Of a stretch of 64,000 nucleotides of DNA, positions 39,000-48,296 are shown piece after piece. Positions within the stretch are counted from its first letter, which is position 1; every line of letters begins with the position of its first letter. Source of the stretch: Fimicolochytrium jonesii (Eukaryota). The DNA lies in NCBI RefSeq assembly GCF_025526975.1, contig NW_026515677.1:62001-126000 (forward strand), given 5' to 3'. The notes below the pieces were generated by a model. It did no database searches. It was not told where the DNA came from and saw only the letters and a list, made by a program, of their open reading frames with translations. A program made the translations under genes and the position numbers.

Positions 39000-41160
39000 G
39001 TTGCTCGCTGCACTCACGGCTTGATCAATCCACCCATCCATCCATCTGAACAACCATCCAACAAGAAATCTGCCAACACCATCGAATTCTACATCCTTGA
39101 TTGCACCTACCGCCTTCAAATCCACATTCTTCCAACCTACAACATTTTCAAAGCCGATCGCTTGATGGGGCAGCCTGCATTTGGGCACTCGCGACAGCCA
39201 AGATACACCCATGTCTACCATCATCACCCGGCCTTGAATCCATCTTCTTCCCTGTACCTACCCGATTGCGTACCATTGATTTTCCCACAAACAAGCGACC
39301 TATCATATCCACTTTGGCCTTGAATAACACTGTTCTTGAAACCAACAACGCTTGGTGCGATCAAACCCACAGCGTTAGCGAATTCGATGAGACCTTCAGT
39401 AGTAATGTGGGTAGCGATAGCCATTCTGCTTGCACCTGCGCCTCGGACCACGCTCTCGCCCTCATCAATAGCTGTATTCCGGCTTCTCGTCTTGACTACA
39501 ACAGTGTTCAGATGGGGTTGTATGGCTGTACATCGCACATTGATGCTGAAGTCCTGTACGGATTGCTGAGGTTTTGCATCCACATGGGGATCAACCACAA
39601 AACTGTTTGTGAGGCTTTGGCCCCGGGGACTTTGGAGCATGTTTACCTTACCGCGCTCCAGTATGCCATTGATGCTAACCATTCCCAGTTTGCGCTCCGA
39701 GAGTTAGCAGACACTATCCACATTGCCACCGCTTGGCGCGATAGCCGTGACTGTTATCATGCCGGTCCTGGTCACCATTGCCATGCTCAATCAGCACCAG
39801 GATTGTCTGGTGTTCAGCGTCTCATCGGTAGTAGTTACCCTCGACCGTCTGCCGGTGCCACCCCTGCTCGAGCCCATCTGCACGGTCATCCCTTCAATGA
39901 TGATAATCCATCCCCGCAAGATATGGTGGCCCTCACCTACCCCACCCTCGAACAAATGCAGCGCTAGAGCAACATATCTGCTCCCGCCAGTGTTTCTATG
40001 GTTGTTGTTAAAGGCCTTCCAAAATACGACAGCACCAAGGACAATCAAGACAATTGCCGCATTCTCCAATGGTTGCGCACATTTAACAAGGTTGCAGCAT
40101 TCTGTGGTGTGCAAGAAAAGGATCGTTACCAGTGGTGGTCCAAGGCCATCGACAAAAATGATCACCTTACCTGGACCTGGTACACCTTGTATAAAGAAGA
40201 CGAATATTGGACTCACGTCCGCATGGACATGGTCCTCAAATGCACCAAAGCTCAAGATCGTGACCCGTCCCGTGTTGCCGAGGGGCTACAAGCATTCCAC
40301 CGCACCGAAGGCAAAACTGTCCAACAGTAAGGCAGCTCATTCCTATCCTTGGTATAGAAACTTGAATACCTCAGCATGCATATCGCCACTGTTGCCACAG
40401 AACTGACTTGCTCACAAATCCTTGGTATAGAAACTTGAATACCTCAACATGCATATCGCCACTGTTGCCACAGAACTGACTTGCTCACAAATCAGTCATG
40501 TGTTCATCTGCGGTTTGGGCACTGCTTCTACCTGAGCATTGGTTCTTGGTCTCCCCAACTTCAATCAATTCAACATTGAAGAACTTGTCCGCTTGTGTGC
40601 CGACTATTCCAAGGGCGATGGAACTTACTCTGCTCCGAAGGACCGTCGTCCGCCGCTGTCACGACCTGCAGCGCCGGCGTATATTCCCCAACAAACAACG
40701 AACTCTGCCCCTTCGCCTCGATACCTGACTGCGATGCTTCCGGCCCACCCCCGCTGCCGTGCCCGCACCAACACCACCGGCACCTGTGTCTGCCAGCGTG
40801 GTCAGCGATCTGACCAATCGTATGCAAAATCTCCAAGTGAAGGCTGCTACCAATGCCAATCAGTGTCCGCCTTCGCTACCATCTGGTCATCCCGAGCGCC
40901 GCGGCTGCTATCGATGTGGTCAATCTGGACACTCGTTCTGTGATTGCAAGTCTCCCACTAAACTCGACACTTGGCGCCCATATCACCTTGCAGCTTCCTT
41001 TTATCCTCAAGAAGTACCCAAATATGAACTTCAGGATGAGAAGTATTCCATCCACGTTCTTCAAGATGTCGCTTCCTACTATAATGATCCCGAGCAGGAT
41101 TTTTGCAGAGGGAGTTTGGCATAGAGGACTCCACACTCCCATATCACCATCATCCTTACG
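39000..41160 (+). mobile_element. Degenerate retrotransposon gag region, probably Gypsy (mirror copy at ~33840-36000 minus)
   Basis: Gag-like LPKYDS..WLRTF; CCHC knuckle CYRCGQSGHSFCDC. Confidence 0.6.
40345..40490 (+). repeat. 73-bp direct tandem duplication (mirror at ~34512-34657)
   Basis: ATCCTTGGTATAGAAAC...TTGCTCACAA twice, one mismatch. Confidence 0.9.
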
Positions 41161-41340
41161 GTCAGGTTCTTTACAGGGGTCTGTGAGTGCCATGTATTCA
41201 CTTTCAGTGCTGGAGGGTGCCATAGTGTGTTGTTTGCGTGATTTCCAGCTAACTGGACCGCTGTAGGTCAAGAGGCGTCCTGTGGTTGATCGTCAAGTGT
41301 CTGGGCGGCCTCCCTTCACTACATCCTCTTCAATACACAG

Positions 41341-43689
41341 GGATTTGAATACAAATCCACCCAATTTGCCCTCGCACTCAGAAAGGCTGGAATCCAGCAC
41401 CAGCGCGGCTGATACCGACACCCCACAGCGGAACGGAGTAGCGGAGCATATAAATTGAACTCTAGTCAAAATGGCGCAATGCCAACTCAACCAGGCTGGT
41501 CTTGGACATGAATACTGGGGACAAACCCTGGTCGCAGCCGTGCACATTTCAAACCGATGCCCTATGGTTGCCCTAGACATCTTCAAGATGCCGTACGACG
41601 CATTCTTCGCTCGCAAGCTGGTCCTCCTACATCTCAGAGTGTTTGGTTGCATAGCCTATGCTATGATTCTCAAGAAAAACCAAGGAAAGCTGGACAACAA
41701 AGCCAAGAAGTGCCTCTTTCTCGGTTATAGCTCTTCCAGCAAAGCCTGGAGGCTCCAGTCACCCGAACCCAATGATCAGGGCGCCATTACCAAATCCAGA
41801 GACCTGCAGGTCAATGAAAGAAGTTCTACAACAGTCTGGATAACGAAGATACACATGGAGACACGTCAGATCGCTCCTATGACAGCTTAGCGAGCTTTGA
41901 ATTCGATCCTGAGCAGAACAACATCGTTTCACACGCACCCAAGCCCACAGACACCACCGAATTACGCCCGCACGCTGCAGGGGGGGATTCTGAGCTCCTT
42001 GACGCATCTCCCAACCCACAACCTGACCCTGATCAATGGGCAGAGGCCCCAGAGGACCTAGATGACCAGGAAGACCAGGAAGACGGCGACATGGTGCACT
42101 ACGGATGCATCACACGCTCCAAGAGCACTTGAATACGCCAAAGCAACCTTGCCTATGACCTGGCTATCGAAGTACTGCACACAGAGCCCAAAACCCTCAA
42201 GCAAGCTCTAAACTCCAAAGACTCAGCCAAGTGGAAGGGAGCCATGGATGCTAAATACGCATCCCTTGTCAACGTACGGATTGCAAGCCTGTATCAACTC
42301 CCAGCGTTGTGGGAAGCCCTCTCACCAAGGAAATGGCACCTCAAACGCCTGAAGAGACTGCAGAGATGCAGAACAAGCCCTATCGAGCCATTGTAGGCAG
42401 TCTGATCTACGCACTGATCGGCACAAGACCAGACATAACCCAAGCAGTTGGAGCTGTGAGCCAGTTCTTAGCCAATCCAGGCAATGGACATTGGAAAGCT
42501 GCCAAACGCATTCTGGCGTATCTCAAGACGACCAAACACTACCAACTTCGACTGGGAGCCGTCCAAGGAACCCCCAAACTCGTGGGATGGTCAGACTCAG
42601 ACTGGGGAGGCTGCCCAGACACTCGAAGATCGACCACAGGATACCTCTTCACCTTCGGCGGTCCAGTAAGCTGGAAATCACGCAAACAACGCACTACAGC
42701 ACTCTCCTCCACCGAAGGCATATACATGGCACTCACAGACGCCTGTAAAGAAGCCATGTGGCTCAGATCTCTACTCAGAGAACTGAGCACGCACCAAGAC
42801 AAGACAGGACTCGTCCAAGGCCCCACAGGCATCTGGGAAGACAACCAAGGAGCTATGGCACTCGCCACAAACCCAGTTCACCATGCACGAACCAAGCACA
42901 TCGACATCCGATACCACTTCATTCGTGAACAAGTCGCACACAAGACAGTTACCCTCCAGTACTGCCCAACAAAGTAGATGATAGCTGATGCGCTCACCAA
43001 GCCCCTCCCCATGCCGGACTTCACACGTCTGAGAGCTGCGATGCACTTAGAGGCTGCAGAGCCTTCAAGTGAGAGGGAGTATTGAGATAGCATCAAGATG
43101 CGGCACTTAGAAGGCTCTGCAAGACTGAGGACACGTCTTGGAAGGCTCTGAAGATGTCTGGACCATTTCCCAGACATCCAGGCGTCAGCACTGCGCTTTC
43201 ATGATGTTCTTAGAGCTCATGGCGGTCAGTAGTGCCCGTATGGAGCTGTGATCGGGTTGTAGTAGCTAGATCGGGTTTTATTGAGCTGGTGGAAGCCTGT
43301 AGCACCTTCTGCGGGCTCCGCGGACTTGGCAGACGTCCATTGGGGCATCAGCAGGTTACACAGACTTAGCAAAACCTTACCAACTTTAACTGCGGCACTC
43401 AGAGACGCCTTGGGCGTTCTGAGGGGGTCTCAGAGGGTGCTTTGGACGCCCCACCACATAGCTAAATCCCCAAGAAAGAAGCCCCAGATTTGTATAAAAG
43501 GCAGACCTGTTGCCCATCCCCTCTCTTCACGTTATCCTCTTCAATACACTACTTTCTATCGCACTACTCTAGCCACACTACTGTCTTCCACATCACAACA
43601 CTGCCCTTTGGGCAGCTACGTCCCTCAGTCATCGGCGAACCAGTCTTAGTGACCTCTCATATACACCTATATCAGCTAAGGTTTCAATA
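41341..43689 (+). mobile_element. Copia family B 3' portion: integrase C-terminus, RT largely deleted, RNase H, PPT, 3' LTR
   Basis: HLRVFGC; YRAIVGSLIY..TRPDI; WSDSDWGG; WKSRKQRTTALSSTE; HARTKHIDIRYHF; PPT GAGAGGGAG 43071-43079. Confidence 0.92.
43080..43689 (+). repeat. Copia family B LTR (610 bp, TATTGA...TCAATA)
   Basis: Follows the PPT; second copy inverted at 45477-46328. Confidence 0.92.
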
Positions 43690-46328
43690 GCTTGACCCAG
43701 ACAATTCTGGACTTGTCCTCAATCCATGATGCAACGTAGGTACCACCCCCAAGGCAGACATCCTCATGGGCCCTCAGAGGTCAGTGTGGACGAGGGCCAG
43801 GACTTCTGTGGCTTGAGTAGCTTGTTTCTTCGGGAAGGGAGCTCTGGACGGCTTGGAGAGCATGCAGACTTTGCAGATGTGACCATCAGGATGTCCGTGA
43901 CTGTGATATCACGTTGGTAGCCGTTGGTGAGCTTCTGGACATCTTGGGCATTCAGATGACCACGTCTCCGATGCCAGATATGAAAGGGTGTGCTACGAAG
44001 TGCTCCTGCTGAGTAGGCGTGTTCAGGGGTAGCCTGGGCTGTCATGGTGTACAGGCCGTTGTCCTTGAGAGCTCTGAAGGCGAGAGCGCCCTTGAATCTG
44101 CATTCTGCACTCGGAAACTCGACTTGTGCTCCGTTCTCAGTCAGCTGGGCTACTGAGATGAGGTTCTTTTCCAGTTTGGGAGCAAACCAGACGTTTCGAA
44201 GGGTGCCAGCGTGCTCCCCTTGTGTTCTAATCGAGATGGAACCTGTTCCGATAGCTAGGACTGGCCGGTTATCAGCTAGCTGGACCTGGATCTCAGTTTC
44301 CAGCGTCTTGTAGTCCTGGAGCCATTCCTTGATGTGTGTCAGGTGTGAGGAGGCCCCTGAGTCGATAAAACAGCACTCTGGGCTGACTTCAGTGCCTTTC
44401 ATAGCTGCCATGAAGAGGAACCTGGTTCCCTGTCTAGCCTGGTGTGGTTCAGCTTCATACCCATTGTTGGCTTGAGGTAGCTCTCGTTTGAGCTTCTTGC
44501 ATTTGTTCCTCCAATGCCCTTCAATACCACAGTGATGGCAATTTCCCTTCTTCCTGGCGAACCTGGCTGAACCCCCAGCCTCCTGCTGGTGTCCCCTGTC
44601 CCCAACGAAGGCGTTTCCAGTCGATCTGACTGGTTTCGAGATCTCCTTGCGCCTAGCTTCTTCATTCAGAAGTCTGGCCATCAAGAACTCCATGTCTAAG
44701 TCATCCGCCCTGCTTTCGAGGCTCGTAATGACTTGTTCGTAGCTGTTTGGCAAGCTGTATATCCAGGTGTCGGGTACTGGTGCGCCGATAGCCTCCAGCT
44801 GTTGTGCGAGCTGTCTGACTTTGTCGATGTGGTTTGTGATCGAGTCAGACTCGTTCATAGTGATGGTAAGGAACTTTCGCCGTAGAAAGAGCTTGCTGGC
44901 GAGCCCCTTTCGTTCGTGCACCTCAGCTAGCTTAGACCAGGCTTCCCAAGCCATCTGAGCTGTATGCACATGCATAAGCTGCGTGTCGTTCAGACTGAGA
45001 CAGATGTATGCCAAAGCCCTCTCGTCCTTCCCCTCCATCGACTCCTCCTCCTCCCCTCAGCCCCCTTTCCCTGCGACAAGCTTGCTGTCGCCGTGGCTCC
45101 TTCCTTCTCCTTCTTCCCAGCTTCCACTGCCAGCCAAAGTCCCTTTGCCTTCAACACCATCATCATCCTAAACTTCCAAAGATGGTAGTTCTCCCCTGTG
45201 AACTTATCCACCATAAGTTTTGAAGTCTCTGAGTCTCCAGCCATTGTCTGTTCAAGTTAAAGTCGTCTGTTTCGGGTGTGTGGACGCGTTTTGGATGTCA
45301 AGTAGTGCGTATCTTGTCGAGTTGAGCACTTTGGCGCGTTTTTCGGTCGGAAACTGGTGATTTTGGAGGGATTTGTCAAGAGTAGGGCGTAGGTAGCGTC
45401 CGTAGGGGGTTAGGAATGTCTTGAATGGGATTGGCGAAGACAGTTTTAGTGATGATAAAGCTCAGGGCTCATAACCTTTTGAAACCTTAGCTGATATAGG
45501 TGTATCTGAGAGGTCACTAAGACTGGTTCGCCGATGACTGAGGGACGTAGCTGCCCACAGGGCAGTGTTGTGATGTGGAAGACAGTAGTGTGGCTAGAGT
45601 AGTGCGATAGAAAGTAGTGTATTGAAGTGGATAACGTGAAGAGAGGGGATGGGCAACATGTCTGCCTTTTATACGAATCTGGGGCTTCTTTGTTGGGGAT
45701 TTAGCTATGTGCTCAGGCGTCCAAAGCACCCTCTGAGACCCCCTCAGAACACTTAGGAGTAGTCAGCAGAGGAAGCAGATGACTGAGCGAACTCTATGTT
45801 GTGTGCAATGTAGTACTGTGAAGTATGTATTGAAGTCTAGCGTAGAAAGAGGACGCGAGGTCCGAAGGGGAAGAAAAGAGTGAAGTCCCGTACGCGTAAG
45901 CGTGGCGTAAGTGGGAGGTGAGTCACAATGGGGAACTTAACTAGTAGAAACCCTATCTAGAGACTTGGGAGGATGATACCTCCAACAAGAACGCCCAAGG
46001 CGTCTCTGAGTGCCGCAGTTAAGGTTGGTAAGGTTTTGCTAAGTCTGTGTAACCTGCTGATGCCCCAATGGACGTCTGCCAAGTCCGCGGAGCCCGCAGA
46101 AGGTGCTACAGGCTTCCACCAGCTCAATAAAACCCGATCTAGCTACTACAACCCGATCACAGCTCCATACGGGCACTACTGACCGCCATGAGCTCTAAGA
46201 ACATCATGAAAGCGCAGTGCTGACGCCTGGATGTCAGGGAAATGGTCCAGACATCTTCAGAGCCTTCCAAGACGTGTCCTACGTGTTGCAGCGCCTTCTA
46301 AGTGCCGCACCTTGATGCTATCTCAATA
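43690..46328 (-). mobile_element. Inverted 5' half of Copia family B: 5' LTR (45477-46328), PBS (45460-45476), gag, protease, start of integrase
   Basis: ORFs 44990-45244 and 43764-45038 with CHHCGIEGHWRNKC and FIDSGASSH; ends at GCTTG next to the other LTR. Confidence 0.92.
45751..45987 (-). mobile_element. Solo LTR, Copia family A, inserted in a family B LTR
   Basis: 5-bp TSD AGAAC (45746-45750, 45988-45992); the empty site is seen in the other B LTR. Confidence 0.93.
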
Positions 46329-46497
46329 CAAGCTCCTAAGCAAGAAAAGCGAAACCGTTGATATCTGGGAGGATTACAAGGCTCTTATGGAGAAACAGAC
46401 CGGGAAATCACTCAAAGTCCTCAGATCAGACAAAGGATTTGAATACAAATCCACCCAATTTGCCCTTGCCCTCAGAAGGGCTGGAATCCAACACCAG

Positions 46498-47036
46498 TGT
46501 TATGATCTCGACGACGGAGGCGAAAGCGAAGAAGAGAAGACAGAGCGAGAGTGATAGGCGACAAGAGGTTGTATTGGCGAAGCAAGAAACAAGGACTAGA
46601 ACAGGAGATGAGAAGAACTGGTGTTGATCTGCTGGGGAGGAAGGGAATGGACGAAGAGGGGGCGGCTATTTATAGATAAACAACCCAGCAGATCAAAGAC
46701 AACAACAAGAGGGGACTTGGTGAGCACCAGCTCTGCTCCCTAGCCTAGAGCGAGCGTAGCAGGCGTAGAGAGCAAGCTACAGCTGCTGGCTGTGGAGAAG
46801 TACTGGGGGGGTTGACAAATGGCTGGAGATTGGCTCACAGATGAGCGGGGTGGAGGAGGAGCGGCGAATGGGGGATTGGCGGACGAGAGGAGAGTGGGGG
46901 ATTGGCGAAATGAGAGGGGAAGGCATTGACACTGACATTGACATTGACACTGACATTGACATTGGCGTTTGACATTGGCGGCTGTCAGTGTGCTGTCATG
47001 AGGTAAGCTTATGGTATGGGCGCGTCGTCCATAACA
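46498..47036. mobile_element. Solo LTR of a third family (539 bp, TGTTATG...CATAACA), probably Gypsy-type
   Basis: 7-bp terminal inverted repeat; TSD ACCAG (46493-46497, 47037-47041); internal (CATTGA/CACTGA)n hexamer array ~46924-46980. Confidence 0.9.
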
Positions 47037-47133
47037 ACCAGCGCGCTAGTACCAACACCCCAGAGCAGAACAGAGCAGCAGAACATATGAATCAAACTCT
47101 AGTCGAAATGGCATGATGCCTCCTCTCCCAGGC

Positions 47134-47380
47134 TGTTGGGGGTATCATCCTCCCGAGTCCCCGGTTAGGGTTCCCATAGTTTCTTTCCTCACGTGACTTC
47201 CCTCCCGCTTATGCCACGCTTTCGCGTACGGGACTTCACCCTCTTCTTCCCTTTCGGACCTCACGTCCTCTTTCTACTTTAGACAACATTGTATAACTTC
47301 TTATACAATTCAAGGGCTTTGTCTCCCCATTACATAGAGTTCACTCATAGTCCGCTCTCCTCTGCCAGCTACCGCTAAGT
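47134..47380 (+). mobile_element. Solo LTR, Copia family A
   Basis: TSD CAGGC (47129-47133, 47381-47385); ends TG...TAAGT. Confidence 0.93.
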
Positions 47381-48049
47381 CAGGCTGGCCTTGGACACAA
47401 ATACTGGGAGAAGCTCTGCTTGCAGCCATGCACATTCGAAACCGATGCCCCACAGCTGCCCTAGACAACTTCAAGATGCCATTTGAAGCATTCTTCGGTT
47501 GCAAGCCCATCATCCTCCTTCACCTCAGAGTGTTTGGGTGCATAGCCCATGTGATGGTTCTCAAGAAAAACCGAGGCAAGCTGGACAACAAAGCCAAGAA
47601 GTGCCCCTTCCTTGGCTACAGCTCCTCCAGCAAAGCCTGGAGCCTCCAAGCACTCAAACCCAACCACCAAGGTACCATTATCAAACCCAGAGATGTCCAG
47701 TTCATTGGGAACAAGTTCCACAAGAGTCTGGAAGATGATGATACGCATGAAGCCACGTCAGCTTGCTCCTACAAACGCTTAGCGAGCTTTGAATTCGATC
47801 CAGAACCAGACAACATTGCTTCACGCGCCCCAAAGCCCACAGACAACACCAAATTATGCTCGCACGCTGCAGAGGGGGATTCTGAGCTTCCTGACATGTC
47901 TCCCAACCCACAACCTGACACCAATCAATGGGCAGAGGCCCCAGAGGACCTAGACGACCAGGAAGACCAGGAGGAGGAAGACTTGGTGCATTACAGATGC
48001 GCCATTCCCAAAGCACTTAAGTGCGCCAAAGCAACTTTGCCTATGCTCT

Positions 48050-48296
48050 TGTTGGAGGTATCATCCTCCTTAGCCCCCAGTTAGGGTTTCCCATAGTTCA
48101 TTTACTCATGTGACTCCACTCCCGCTTACGCCATGCTTCCGCGTACGTGACTTCTCCCTTTTCTTACTTCCCCAGACCTTGCGTCCTTCTCTCTGTCTTT
48201 AGACAAGACTTTATAACTTCATACAATATAGAGCTTTGTCTACCCTACACAGGGCTTTGTTCTCTATCTGTATTCCTTTGCCGGCTACCGCTAACC
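48050..48296 (+). mobile_element. Solo LTR, Copia family A variant
   Basis: TSD GCTCT (48045-48049, 48297-48301); ends TG...TAACC. Confidence 0.9.

Larger units (their letters stand above)
38798..41834 (+). repeat. Right arm of ~3-kb inverted repeat
   Basis: Reverse complement of 33168-36211 with few substitutions and small indels. Confidence 0.95.
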
